Assembly: GCF_009914755.1 (NCBI RefSeq)
Contig: NC_060936.1
Source: the human T2T-CHM13v2.0 reference genome, Homo sapiens
Length of the DNA: 64,000 bases
Strand: one strand, 5' to 3'
Made by a program: the position numbers and the translations under genes. Positions 17,345 to 35,660 of this stretch are shown one piece after another (the stretch's first letter is position 1; each line of letters starts with the position of its first letter). Under the pieces are notes generated by a model. It searched no databases and was not told the origin of the DNA. It saw only the letters and a program-made list of their open reading frames with translations.

Positions 17345-17894
17345 CAGTAGTCCTCCCTTAACTGCTTTTTTGCTTTCCTTGGTTTCTGTTACCTGTGGTC
17401 ACCTGTGGTCTGAAAATATTAAATGGAAAATTCCAGAAAAGAACAGCTCCCAGATTTTAAGTTAAGCTTTTTTTTAGGTAGTGTGATGAAATCTTATGCC
17501 ATTCTGCTGTATTCCACCCTGGAGGTGAATCTTCCTTCTGTCCAGTGTATCCACGTACCCACACTACCTGCCCCTTAGTCACTAGTAGCTGTCTCGTTAT
17601 TAGATCGACTGTTGCAGTGTCAGTGCTTGTGTTCACATAACCCTTATTTTATTTAATAATGGCCCCAAAGCATAAGAGTAATGATGCTGGCATATTGTTA
17701 CAATTGTTCTATTTTGTTACTAGTTATTGTTGTTAATCTCTTACTGTGACTAATTTGTAAATTAAATGTTATTATGTAATAGGTATGTATATAGAGGAAA
17801 AGCATAGTGTGTATAGGGTTTGATACTGTCTGTGGTTTCAGGCATCCACTGGGGGTCTTGGATTATATTCTTCGACGACAAGGGGGGATTACTG
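17345..17894 (+). mobile_element. MER44B-like (TcMar-Tigger) MITE
   Basis: TA|cagtagtcctccctta ... aaggggggattactg|TA termini, 550 bp. Confidence 0.85.
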
Positions 17895-18616
17895 TATATG
17901 GTGACAAAAATATACATGAACACATGCAGGAAGGCCCAGAAAACTGTTTAATTCAGAAATAAAGTAGTAAAGTAAAACAGGTATGATTTTTTTTTTTTTG
18001 AGGAGTTGATATGAGACTGAAATCATTGCTTAAGCTGGGAGGAAAACAAAACAAAACAAAAACCAGAATAGAGACGAATGATAAAAAAAGAAGGACGATA
18101 GATCAGAGGTCATGCTATGGACAAAGGGTAGATTTAGTAGGTGTAGGAGGAAGAAAAGAACAGTATTTGTGATTCAGAAAAAAAAATTTAGAGTTTGAAA
18201 GTTCTCAGGTAGATCTTTCCAGATTATAATTAGGTTAACTATGTATATTAAAGTAGAATAGAGGTAAATTACAGATGAAAGACTCTTGAAGGAGCATGGT
18301 AGAACTTGTGGTGAATAATGACAAATGGGAGCTCAAATGATTATTCCCTACTTTCTGGCTTGGTGAGACTGGTCGCGTAGAAGTAGTTGGTAGAAATGTA
18401 GTTTAGCAGAGTGAACTATGGTTTATCTACATGTTTTTCCTTTCCAGTATGGTCCAACATAATTTGTAAGTACTTACAGTAGTAGCAAGTACTTATTATA
18501 GCAGTCTCCAATGAGACTAGTCTTGTTAAGAAATTTTCCATACTACTTAACTGAGCAGGAAGTACCACCGCACACACAGTATTGCTTCTCAGATACCTTG
18601 TAGTTTAGATACACTA

Positions 18617-18842
18617 CACATTGGATATCCCTTACCTAAAATGCACGGGACTAGAAGTGTTTCAGAGTTTGAGTTTGGGAATATTTGCATTATACTTATG
18701 CTTACTGGTTGAGCATTCCTAATCCGAAAATCCAAAATGTTCCATTGAGCATTTCCTTTAAGTGTCGTGTCAGTGCTCAAAAAGTTCTGGAGTTTGGAGC
18801 ATTTTGGATTTTGGATTTTCAGATTTGGGGATGGTCAACCTG
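18617..18842. mobile_element. Tigger4a/MER46-like MITE
   Basis: ggttgagcattcctaatccgaaaatccaaaat core, end ...tcaacctg|TA. Confidence 0.8.
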
Positions 18843-18984
18843 TATTAGATCTTCCTGAGTGCTTTGATGTACCCTAAATGTGAAACATTATTCATATTTT
18901 CTTTGTGGTTTAATCCACGTTCAGATAGGAAAAATAAGACAAGTTAAAGATGAGAGACCATAGAACCATACTTGATTTCTTAGA

Positions 18985-19248
18985 TTTGCACTGTTCAGTC
19001 TGGTAGCCACCAGCCATTTGTGGCTATTAAGTACTTGCAATGTGGCTAGCCCAAATTGAGATGTGATATAAAGGTGAAATATACATTAGATATCAAAGAG
19101 TTAGTATGAAAAAATATAAAATAGCTCATTAATAGTTTTTTATATGGGTTATATGTTTGAAATGACAATGAAAAAAGAATGTAAAAAAGCTTATTAACAA
19201 TTTTCGGCTTGAAAATATGACTTATTATTTTCCTGTTGAACAGCACTG
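18985..19248. mobile_element. MER33/MER3-like hAT element
   Basis: ggtagccaccagccatttgtggctatt...ttgaacagcactg. Confidence 0.7.
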
Positions 19249-19569
19249 AATCTATGTGTGGGGTGCTAAAAGCTTAATAAAATTTTCTCTGAATGGATTT
19301 TAAAATAAGTATCATTAGATTTCTTGTTATTTTAAAGTTATATCTAATGAAAGGCATTAAACTTCAGGGATAAAGGTAACTAGTTACCAAACTTTTTAGC
19401 TGGTTAGTCTTGCTGTCTAAAAAGTAGACCTTTGCTTTTGCTTTGTATGGATATCTAAGTGCATTATGGGGTTGTTTTTCATAAAAGCCTCATAGCCTAT
19501 GACTAGACTGTATTATCTGATATAGCCAGTGTTATGCTTGGTGATGCTTTTTTTCCCTTTTCCTCATTT

Positions 19570-19715
19570 TAGATTTTCTAAAGCAATGTAGCTTCACTTG
19601 GAAACTTGTTAGAAATACTGATTTTGAACCCCAACCCTGTTGAATCAGAGACTAAGGGCTTGATTTAGCCCTCCAGATGATTCTGATGTGCATGAAGTTT
19701 GAGAAACATAGTTGT
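19570..19715. mobile_element. MER5A-like fragment
   Basis: cttgttagaaat...tgaatcagagact...gccctccagatgattctgatg. Confidence 0.65.
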
Positions 19716-19900
19716 AGAGATTCCATTGTGTAACGGTGAGCACACTGGACTCTGAATCCAGAGAAACATAGATGTAGATAATACTACTTTTATAGAATAA
19801 CAAAACTCAACCTCTTTATAACCTTTATAACATATCTATTTGAAAGGAATTACATTCTTTTCTTTTTAATTCATCACTTGTAAAACTCCTACATTCTTAG

Positions 19901-20068
19901 GTGGATGCTCTCCGATTGCGTTTGGAAGAGAAGGAAACCATGTTGAATAAAAAGACAAAACAAATTCAGGATATGGCTGAAGAGAAGGGGACACAAGCTG
20001 GAGAGATACATGACCTCAAGGACATGTTGGATGTGAAGGAGCGGAAGGTTAATGTTCTTCAGAAGAAG
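19901..20068 (+). CDS. ERC1: ERC1 internal coding exon (168 nt, phase 0/0): VDALRLRLEEKETMLNKK...VKERKVNVLQKK
   Basis: ttcttag|GTG acceptor and AAG|gtaagg donor; 56 codons rich in E/L/K matching the recalled ELKS/ERC1 coiled-coil; joins in frame to 58856. Confidence 0.96.
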
Positions 20069-21162
20069 GTAAGGTACAGGTGTTTCGAGTTCAGTGGCCC
20101 ATTCCTCATACATCTTCACTCCTACCACTAAGTTATTTCTAAATGCTGTCAGAGTTTCTTGCTCATTTTTCAGTTTATATTTTTGTGATTAGTAATTTGG
20201 AACTCTTGTTGCGGTAGGTAGATTGTTAAGACTGCTCTATATATTCAGTTTTTAAAAATTTAAACACTGTTAGTATCTTCCAGTAGTGCTTTTCATGCTG
20301 TTTCTCAAAAGTGCCTTGTAAATTGCCAAAGTGTTTGAACTGACATTCTTTTGCCCCTTCTGTCTTTTATTGAAACTGTACCAAATTGGTTTAGTACATG
20401 GACTTGGGATGGTACAACTTCATTTATGTGTTTAATAAGATGACAATTTTAAGCCGAGACCAGTAGCATCCAGACCAACACATAATTCATATATGAGCAA
20501 AAAAAATGTGTGTGTGTCTATTTCAATACAAATCTTACTGTTCCTTAGTGCTTGTTATTTCCCCTTTTTTCAGTTAATATATTTTGGTATTCTTTCCAAG
20601 GGTTTCTTCATTGTTGTTACTAACAGCATTGTATGGATATACTATAGCAAAATTTCTACTGATGGACATTAATTTTGCTAAAAATTTCTTCCTTTACATA
20701 AAATGATTAATAGTAAAAAATGTTGTACATGTTTAGTTTATACATATGTCAAGTCAAGTATATTTCTAGGATAAAGTCCTTAAAGTTGAACTGCTGAGTG
20801 AAAGGATGTGCATTTATAATTTTGATGGATTTTGCCAAGTAACCTTAAAGAGACTGTACCAAGTTTCATTTCTACTATCCGTGATGAAAGTGTTATATTC
20901 CCACATACTTGTCTGCAGAGTGTGTTAATAGGCTTTTTCACTTTTTGGCAATCTGATAGGTGAGCAAACAATGTCAGTGTAGTTGGAGTTCTTTCATTGT
21001 AAGTAAAGTCGAACAGACTTTTATATTTAACATCCTTTGTATTTTCTATTATTTGTTTATATGCTTTACCCATTTTTGTTTTGAGTTCTTTCCTGCTTTT
21101 TTAAAAGTTGATTTGTAGAAATCTCTTCCCAATTTAAAAATTAGTTCTTTTGTCCGATGTGA

Positions 21163-21483
<321 letters not shown>

Positions 21484-21607
21484 CACCTTTTTTAAAAAAT
21501 AAAAATAAAAAAGATGTTGTCCAGGCTGGTCTCAAACTCCTGGCCCTAAGCCATCTTCCCATCTCAGCCTCCCAAGGCCACTGCTCCTAGCTCTGTTTGG
21601 CTTTTGA

Positions 21608-21610
<3 letters not shown>

Positions 21611-21656
<46 letters not shown>
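21611..21656. repeat. (GT)23 microsatellite
   Basis: Read directly. Confidence 0.97.
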
Positions 21657-21657
<1 letters not shown>

Positions 21658-22529
21658 CAGACTTCTTAAATAAAGTGAATGTTTTAAGGCTTCTGGATTT
21701 TGTGACATATTACAAAAGTTGTATTTTAGAATATTTCTTATTTTCTAGTGATATTGATCTGTCTGTATCCAGTAACATTGTTTAAATTTTTGTGTTTTTG
21801 TGATATATGTTAATAGCTAATTCCTTCTAAGGTACGTTTCTTTTTCAGAAGTGCCCTAGCTTTTTTTTTTTTCTTGGCTATTTTTCCATTTGAAATTTAG
21901 AATCAGCTTTTATCATCTCCTGCCTTTAATTCTTTCTGTTGCATTTTTTATTGGGAGTACATAAAATTTGTAGTTATTAATTTATAGAGAATTGACAAGA
22001 ATGGGGTATATCTTTCCATGAATTCATTTTTTGTTTCTCAGAAATGTTTTAATGTTTCCTTCATAATAGATTTTATACATTTATTAAGCTTCTTCCTAGG
22101 TTTTCTTTTTGTTATAAAGTGTTATATTTTTCATTACATCTTCTAACTGCTTGTTTTTTTTGTGCACATGAAGGCTTGTGATTTCTCTATATCAGTTTTG
22201 TACTTAGTCATCATACTGAATTCTCTTAAAGGTTTGGATTTTTTTTTAGTTTATTCTTTTGGCTTTTCCAAATATGTAGTGTTATCATTTCTAAATAATA
22301 ATTATCTTCCTGTGTTCAGTTTTAATGTATGTGCCCCATTTCCTTCTCCTTCTACTTCTGTGTACCACACTACATGATACTGGACATCTCCACATTATAC
22401 CTGATCTGAATGAGAATGCTTTTAGCTCTCTCCCACTAAAGTACAGTGCTTGCTTTTGTGTTAGAATTGATAGCTACATTAAGAAAGTATCCATCTAAAT
22501 AAAGTGAATTAAAACTTAAACTTTTTTTT

Positions 22530-25660
<3,131 letters not shown>

Positions 25661-26467
25661 TTTTATTTTATTGGTATTAGTTTTGATCTTTCAATAGTAA
25701 TATTTTCAAGTAATAGACTTAATAGTTTCAAAACATTTTTCACTTCTCATGCACTTGATCATTGTATATTTTTCTCCCATTGTGCTTCTCATACATTTAC
25801 TTCTTATTAGGCACAATAACATGTTGGTAAGAAATATGACCAGACAACTTTTAGTGGATTAGAAGTTACTTGTAATTTTTACTATGATTAATAATGCGTA
25901 AGCCTTTTGATTCCATTTCCTATTAAACTTTTCTTTAAGTGTAGGATATTATTAGTAAAATACGAATTTTTAAAATTTCGCTGGTTATTGCAGTTGTGGA
26001 GTTTGTGAGGAGGGGAGTGATTTAATTATTTGATTTCATACAGTGCAAGTTTCTGAAGGCATCTGGATGCACAAAGACTCGATTCACCACTGTGCCAGCA
26101 GCCTGTTTGTTGCTCTAGGCTGATTATACCCAAAATGTTGGTGACATGATGGATTATCACTTTCATTAGGTCATAAGTGTTAGGGGCATATATTTTACTT
26201 TTATAACATTTGTTTTTCAGCTCCTATTTTCTTTGCTCTCATTCTATAAGGATTACTTCATTTAAAACCAAAGTGTTGAAAGATTGCGTGGGTCTTCAGT
26301 CATTAAACTTTGCCTTTCAGATCATGAGAACATGACAGCAAGCTACTAAAAAAGCCTTAGATGATTAATGTTACTGGAAGAAAAGATATACTGGTTAGAA
26401 TTCAAAGGTTGTTTGGAAGTAACGCATTGCTTATTTTTAACTAGGTAAAAATTTTTAGAAAAGTTTT

Positions 26468-26655
26468 TGTATTAGTCCATTTTCACACTGCTATAAAGAT
26501 ACTACCTGAGACTAAGTAATTTATGAAGAAAAGAGGTTTAATTGACTCACATTTCCATATCTGAGTCGCTAGGGAGGCTTTGGGAATCTTATAATCATGG
26601 CAGAAGGTGAAGGGGAAGCAAGGCACGTCTTACATGGCAACAGGAGAGAGACAGA
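26468..26655 (-). mobile_element. MSTA/THE1-type LTR fragment
   Basis: tgtattagtccattttcacactgctataaaga terminus. Confidence 0.85.
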
Positions 26656-26864
26656 CACACACACACACATATCATGCAAATCTTGTATATTTTTTCTTTG
26701 TCCTTCCTCTTCATCCTTCACAGAAGGCAGCAGAGGATCAGTAATTGTGCTGTCTTAGTACACCACACTGCCCCAGTAATTCATCATGTTACAAACTTTT
26801 ATGTGTCTTAAAACTTACCAGATAGTACAACTGTTTTCAAAATTGGTTTATGTTATTAGTGCTT

Positions 26865-27177
26865 CTTTTTTATTTTATTTAATTAATTATTTTTTGAGAC
26901 TGAGTCTCACTCTGTTACCCAGGCCGGAGTGCAGTGGCGTGATATTGGCTCCCTGCAACCTCCGCCTCCCGGGTTCAAGTGATTCTCCTGCCTCAGCCTC
27001 CTGAGCAGCTGGGATTACAGGCACCTGCCACCTCGCCCAGCTAATTTTTGTATTTTTAGTAGAGACGGGATTTCGCCATGTTGGTCAGGCTGGTCTCAAA
27101 CTTCTGACCTCAGATGATCCTCCCGCCTCGGCCTCCCAAAGTGCAGGGATCACAGGCATGAGCCACCAAGTTTGGCC
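26865..27177 (-). mobile_element. AluSx-like
   Basis: Full antisense Alu. Confidence 0.93.
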
Positions 27178-27684
27178 TAGTACTGCTTTGTAGACAATTA
27201 CCTTTATGCCTGTTATTTTCAGTGCTTAGATCCTTCCCATTCTGTGTACTTTTTTTGTTGACGTTACTGTATTAAGGTGGTCAGAATCAACATTTGTGAT
27301 GTATTTCCAGCACCATTGTTGGCTGATAAAATAGAGATAGCTTTAAATTTAGTATCCATAAAAAATAAAATGAATACCGTAGGTTTAGAGAAGTTTAAAG
27401 TTCTCAAGGGATCTATGTATTTTTTAAAAATTATATAAAAATAACTTTAAAGTAATCTTTTTTTCTTGGTAAAACGTGCAGTTTTATGTATTTTTAGGCA
27501 GGAGTAACAACTTTTTCCACATTTCCATCCAGAGAACAAAGGTCAAAACAGCATTTATTATTCTAGCTATAGTTTTACTGTTTAAACTTTTGAAATTTTG
27601 TGTAGCACCATTGAGAGAAGATTAGTGCTTACAGCTGAAACTTAGTTTTAATACAGTATCATATATACATATATATTGGTTGAT

Positions 27685-27972
27685 TTGTTTTTGAGACAGG
27701 GTCTCACTGTGTTGCCCAGGCTGGAATGCAGTGGTGCAATTATGGCTCACTGCAACCCTTGTGTCTGGAGCTCAAGCAGTCCTCCTACCTCACTTCTTGA
27801 GTAGCTGGGACTACAGACACATGCCACCATGCCCAGCTAATTTTTTGTATTTTTTGTAGAGATGGGGTTTCACCATGTTGGCCAGGCTGGTCTCGAACTC
27901 CTGGACTGAAGTGATCTGCCCACCTCGGCCTCCCAAAGTGCTACGATTACAGGCATGAGCCACCATGCCAGA
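27685..27972 (-). mobile_element. AluJ/S
   Basis: Full antisense Alu. Confidence 0.9.
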
Positions 27973-28889
27973 CATCTTTTTTTCATTTTTTGTTATCATT
28001 TATTTCTGAAACTCAGCCAATATGATGTATAGAGACAAATACATAGATATTGACTGGCAAAAAGTCATGGAGATAAAGTGTATTACTTGAACAAGACTTC
28101 AGATTGAATATTATTATTCTTTAGTTTTCATTCATTTGCCCGCTTTGTGAGGTATTAGGAATGACATGGGTGGTGGTGGATACAACATAGAAAAATTTCA
28201 CTTGCTTAATATTACTTGAACTAATCTCTGGGACCATAGTCCCTTGGCCATCACCAAGACTGAGAAGAATCGAATCAAGATTTTGCTTTAGGGGAAGGTT
28301 GTTTTGAATATCTTAGGGGGATTTACAGTGCACTCTCCTGTAGCTTACATTGCAAAGCATTCTGGCATGGGATAAGATGTTCATAACTCTGTGTGTTGTC
28401 TTTAAACAGAGTCTTTGAAGCAGTTCCCTCAGACAGCACAGGACATTTTCCTACTGAAGGAACTCAGATGCAGTTTAGGCATACTTATATGTGGAAACTA
28501 TCCATCTCATAGTTTACTACTGAACCCTGAATTAGCTGGTAGCAACAACCCCCTACCCTCTCTCCCGCAGTCAGAGGCTTCTCCTGATAGCCATGGCAGT
28601 AAAAATAGAACAGTAGAACTAAAATATTTTCCAGAAGCAGAACATATTCATAGGGAAAGGATGAATTCAAAGTTATTTACAACTCTTTTATCTTCAAACC
28701 ATTACATATAAATTGATCAAATAAAAATAGCTAGTCTAATGTGTTTTGAGCAGGTATTACCATTTTTATTTATTATTTATATTGCTTATTTTTGAATCAT
28801 GATATTTCAGGCTTTTTATTTGATGAGTCAACATCTTAAGATTCCTAATGAGAATGGAATATGAAAAATAATTGGGTCATTGTTAACAA

Positions 28890-29400
28890 TGATAAGTCAT
28901 TTTGACAGTATGTGTACTTGATATGATCAATGATACTTCAGCTCTGTGGTTCTCTTCCCCAAAATGCACAACCCCAGTCCAATTATGAACAAAACAGTAG
29001 ACAAATCCTAGTTAAGAAACATTCCACCAAACAACTGACTAGTAGTATTCAAAACTGCCAAGCCTCCAAAAACTAGGAAAGTCCAAGAAACTGTCACAGC
29101 CAAGAAGAGCCAAGGAGACATGCCATCCAAACGTAATGACATATCCCAGGCAATATCTTGGAACAGAAAAATGGCAGCAGACAGAAACTAAGGAAATGCG
29201 AATAAAGCACGGACTCTTGTTAAGAATAATGTATCCGTGTTGATTAATTATGACAAATGTGTCATACTAATGTAAGATGTTAACAGTGTGAAATCTGGCC
29301 TCTGGGTTCCCAGGAACTCTCTGTATCACCTTCTCTGTACCATCCTCACCTCTCTGCAAATCCAAAACTATTCTAAACAAAAAGTGCATTTAAAAAATCA
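28890..29400 (+). mobile_element. L1MC/MD 3'UTR fragment
   Basis: gaaactgtcacagccaagaagagccaaggagacatg...taatgtaagatgttaac...aaaactattctaaa. Confidence 0.75.
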
Positions 29401-30083
29401 ATTCAAATTTGGCAGTGTATTAGGGTTAAGAATAATAAAGTAACAGTGATTTTGAGAGAGCTCAAAAATAAAAAATTTGGAATGGCATTCTTTTCAAAGC
29501 TTGGTGGACCCAAAACCTATAAATACTTCAGTGGGGGAGATCAGGGATTTTACCTTCGGAACATTAAGGTTGTATGAATTTATTGGGGAAGAGGGAAGGC
29601 TACAAAGTAGTCAACCTAATTCTATTTGTCTTCTTTGCCCCTGGCTTCCAGATCTCTCTCCAAGTCACCATAGACCATGTGCACCCCAATATTGAATATC
29701 TCATGAACAACCAGGACAGATTTGATCTAAGAAAGACTCAATGCAAGAAATCCCTGTTATATTCCAGTGGAGAGTGTTATGTGGAATGGACCCCTCCATT
29801 TGAACTCTTAAATTCTGTTTCAATTCAGGTCATTATTCTCCTCTGCTTTCCTTGGAGGTTTATACAAATCTTAGGTACACCAGGAAACCATCCTTTGAGC
29901 CAGGGTTCTTTCTCAGTGCCAGGCACTTTTCTATGTGAATTATATCAACAGGTAACCCTGTGAACCATGTTTCTACCTAACGCTGTTGACAAATTTCAGT
30001 CCTGTTTCATTTCACACAACTGCCCAACTTTTGGTGGATCAGAAGACAACAGGTAAAGATAACCAAGTAGCCACCAAGTAAGA

Positions 30084-31339
<1,256 letters not shown>

Positions 31340-32480
31340 TCTAGGGAGCTTTCTCTTCCACAGTCATAGCTTCTCTTTTCACAGTTGTCTGTAAAAGGTC
31401 ATCTTTCCATTTCCTACTTCTGGGAACCGTACATCAGAAGAGCAAACCACAACAGAAAATCTCCAAGGCTTGATTACATGAAGAACACTGAGGTGACTCC
31501 TAGCTACAGTTAAAGGCTTTTCCCAAATCAGATTAATCCCAAGATGTCTCTCTGTTCTAGAACTCTGATAGGCACATGCTGAATATGTTAGACAATTGCA
31601 GGTTATCACAGCACTGTGGGCAAAGCTCCACAATTTCTTGCCTTTGGTATTTTGACTCTTTTTAAGGCTTGAGACTTATACGTGTTTAACTGTGCCTTCA
31701 GAATATTTCCCATCCTATTCCAAAGAGATTGTGGATTTCAGGTTGCTGCCTGGGAGCTTTTAAAATTAGAGACAAAAGGGAATACCAGCTTATTCAGAGA
31801 AGCAGTCCAGTCAACAGCTCACAGTTTTCCTAGGTGAATCCTGACATATGATTGGTACTTAATTTTGGTTCCTTTTCTACTGACTGTTTTTGAGCCTGAA
31901 AAGACAAACATTCCAGTTACCAAAGCTTGAAGAATGCATGGACTCGGAGAAGGGAAAACAAACGGATCACTGTGAGTTTGCCAAGCGGGGCAGGTGTTCG
32001 AAGCCCCTCCCTGGCCGTGCGTGTGGAATGCTGGGCTTGCCCTCCTGGGCCCTCCTTTCTTCACATGGTCGGATTTTGGCCTACATAATCACAGGCCCCA
32101 GCCCTGCGCCTTCCCCTGGCCCTTTCCCTTCCTGCACTTTTGGGATACTCCATTTCTTTTTTTGTTAATTAATAACTTTATTCGTTTGGAGTAGTTTGGG
32201 AAGTTCCCAAGTGTACCTGAATAATGTACATTGTATTCAATAGGTAATTTTTCATTTCTCCCCTGCCTGCCTCCCCCTGCTCTGAGTCTCTAGTGTCCGT
32301 TATACCACTCTGTATGCCTTTGGGTACTCAGCACTGCCTCCCTCTTATGAGTGAGAACATGCAGTATTTGGTTTTCCATTCCTGAGTTACTTCACTTAGG
32401 ATGATGGCCTCCAGTTCCATCCAGGTTGCTGCAAAAGACATGATTTCATTCTTTTTTTCATGGCCGAGTAGTATTCCATG

Positions 32481-32491
32481 GTGTGTGTGTG

Positions 32492-32568
<77 letters not shown>

Positions 32569-32688
32569 GTATATATACACATATACATGTATATATACAC
32601 ACACACGTGCATATATATGTGTGTGTGTATATATATATACACACATACCCATGTGTGTTTATACACACACACACACACACACACACAC
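32481..32688. repeat. Compound (TATATG)n/(TG)n/(CA)n microsatellite within L1
   Basis: Read directly. Confidence 0.95.
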
Positions 32689-33341
32689 TTTCTGTCTCTT
32701 GCCATATACAAAAATTAACCTAGGTGGATTAAAGACTTAATCTAAGACCCGAAACCATAAAAATTCTGGAAGATAACACAGGGAAAACTCCTCTGAACAT
32801 TGGCTCAGGCGAAGGATTTATGACAAGGATCTCAAAAGCACAACAAAATAAAAATGAATAAATGGGACTTAATGGACTTAATTAAACTAAAAAGCTTCTG
32901 TACAGCAAAATAAATAATCAAAAGAGTAAATAGACCACCTACAGAATGGGAGAAAATATTTGCATCATATTCAACAAAATATTAATATCCACAGTCTACA
33001 AGGAACTTAAATCAACAAGAAAAAAAAATAATCCCATAAAAAATGGGCAAATAGCATGAATAGACATTTCTCAAAAGAAGATATACAAATGCCCAAAAAT
33101 GTATGAAAAAATGCTCAGCATCACTAATCATCAGGGAAATGCAAATTAAAATGACAGTGAGATACCACCCTACCCCATCCAGAAGGGCTATTATTAAAAA
33201 GTTAAAAAATAATAGCTGGTATCATGGATGTGGTGAAAAGAGAACTCTTACACACTGTTGGAGCAAACGTAAATTAGTACAACCTTTATGGAAAACTGTA
33301 TGGATATTTTTCAAAGAACTAAAAGTACATTTATCATTTCA

Positions 33342-33645
<304 letters not shown>

Positions 33646-33787
33646 ATTTATCATTTCATCCAGCAGTCCCACTACTAGGAGTCTACCCAAAGGAAAAGAA
33701 GTCATTCTGAAAAAAAAGACATCTATGATATGGAATCAACCTAAGTGCCCATCAACCAATGAATGGATAAAGAAAATTAAACTTTCC

Positions 33788-34076
33788 TTTTTTTTTTTTG
33801 AGACGGAGTCTCGCTCTGTCGCCCAGGCTGGATTGCAGTGGCGCCATCTCGGCTCACTGCAAGCTCCACCTCCCTGGGTTCACACCATTCTCCTGCCTCA
33901 GCTTCCTGAGTAGCTGGGACCACAGGCACGTGCCACCACGCCCGGCTAATTTTTTGTATTTTTAGTAGAGACGGGGTTTCACCATGTTAGGTGGTCTCGA
34001 TTTCCTGACCTCGTGATCTGCCTGCCTCAGCCTCCCAAAGTGCTGGGATTACAGGCGTGAGCCACCGCGCCCTGCT
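33788..34076 (-). mobile_element. AluY-like
   Basis: Full antisense Alu. Confidence 0.92.
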
Positions 34077-34529
34077 GATAAGTATTTTTTTAAAAGCCCT
34101 GAGAAATGACAATGTAGGATTTAAAAAATGACTTGTATTAACAGTATGAGAGTAATATGTGTTCAAGGTAAAAAAAAAATAAATAAATAAAAATAAAAAT
34201 TACCAAAACATATGGAGTGAAATTAAAGTTCCTTCTCCCATCCTTTGCTCCTCTCAGTGCAGTTCTTTAGGGTTATTAACTGTTGTTAACAGTTCTTTGT
34301 GTGCCGTTTCATAAAGTTTCTATGCATATCAAGCATTTATGTGTTATATACCTTTTAAAAAACAACTGGAATCATACTTTTTATTAATTTAAAAATAAAC
34401 ATTTTAATATCATCTTATATACAGCTTTATCTCATCTTAAAAAATATCTACATGGTTTTCTGAATCATACTTCTACCATAATTTAACTAAATTTAACCTA
34501 AGATTTACAGGTAGATGAAGATAGGGGTT

Positions 34530-34842
34530 TTTCTTATTTTATTTTATTTATTTTATTTTTTTGAGACAGAGTCTCACTCTGTCGCCCAGGCTGGAGTGCA
34601 GTGGTGCAATCTTAGCTCACTACGGCCTCTGCCTCCCAGGTTCAAACAGTTCTCTCCTGCCTCAGCCCCCTGAGTAGCTGGGATTACAGGCGCGCACCAC
34701 CACACCTGGCTAATTTTTGTATTATTAGTAGAGAGGATTTTACCATGTTGGCCAGCCTGGTCTCGAACTCCTGACCTCATGATCTGTTCACCTCAGCCTC
34801 CCAAAGTGCAGGGATTACATTTGTGAGCCACCACGCCTGACC
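34530..34842 (-). mobile_element. AluS
   Basis: Full antisense Alu. Confidence 0.92.
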
Positions 34843-35409
34843 TCTTGTTGATTATAGTAGTATAACGCATAATGACATAACCGTCTCATTCATGAGTTGA
34901 TATTGTATGCGTGTAAAATGTCGATAGCTGTTTAATTATCCACCAAGAGTTTTCCACTGATTTACACGGAGAATGTTTTTTTGCACAGTTTCATTAAACA
35001 TTTGTTATCAAACCTTTTTAAATTTCCACTGACTTGGTAGGCAATTCTGAAGTGTCTCTTTTCTTGCTTAGTATTTATTTAAAGTTGAGTTCTCATTGAG
35101 CATTTTTTCATAGGTTTTTGTTTTGTTTTAATTGGGAGGTATATGTTAATTTCTTTTCCATATTTTTCTGTTTGATGATGTATTTTTTCTTGTTGATTTA
35201 TAGGAAGTTTTTCCTCTAGTAAATACATTGGTCTATTTCCTTTTATGTTTTACAAATACATTTTCCTGTTTTTTGTTTTTTGTTTTTAACTTCATTTATG
35301 TATTTATTTGGGGGTTTATGTCACCAAATTTAATAGTACTTTTCTTTATGTCCTCTCAGTTTTAGGTCACACTTTGAAAGTCCTTATACATGCCAAAGTC
35401 ATTTTCATT

Positions 35410-35660
35410 TTTATATTTTTTTGAGAAAGGCTCTCACTCACTCTGTCACCCAGGCTGGAGTGCAGTGTCTCAGTCTCAGCCCACTGCAACCTCTACCTCC
35501 CAGGCTCCAAGCCAACCTTCCACCTCAGACTCTCGAGTAGCTGGGCTACAGCCGCACACACCACCATGTCCAGCTAATTTTTTAGCTTTCTGTAGAGACA
35601 GGGTTTTGCCATGTGGCCCAGGCTGGCCTTGAACTGCCGGGCTCAAGCAGTCTGCCCTTG
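35410..35660 (-). mobile_element. AluJ (diverged)
   Basis: Antisense Alu lacking its 5' end. Confidence 0.85.

Noticed and set aside
20069-20131. ORF extensions beyond exon donors (also 58994-59194 and 60382-60516)
   Set aside because: Intronic read-through past splice donors; no ERC1-like sequence
29574-29963. 129-aa plus-strand ORF next to the pseudogene
   Set aside because: No recognisable domain or splice context; likely chance ORF in the pseudogene 3' flank
32328-32740. Six overlapping low-complexity ORFs
   Set aside because: Microsatellite plus L1 sequence
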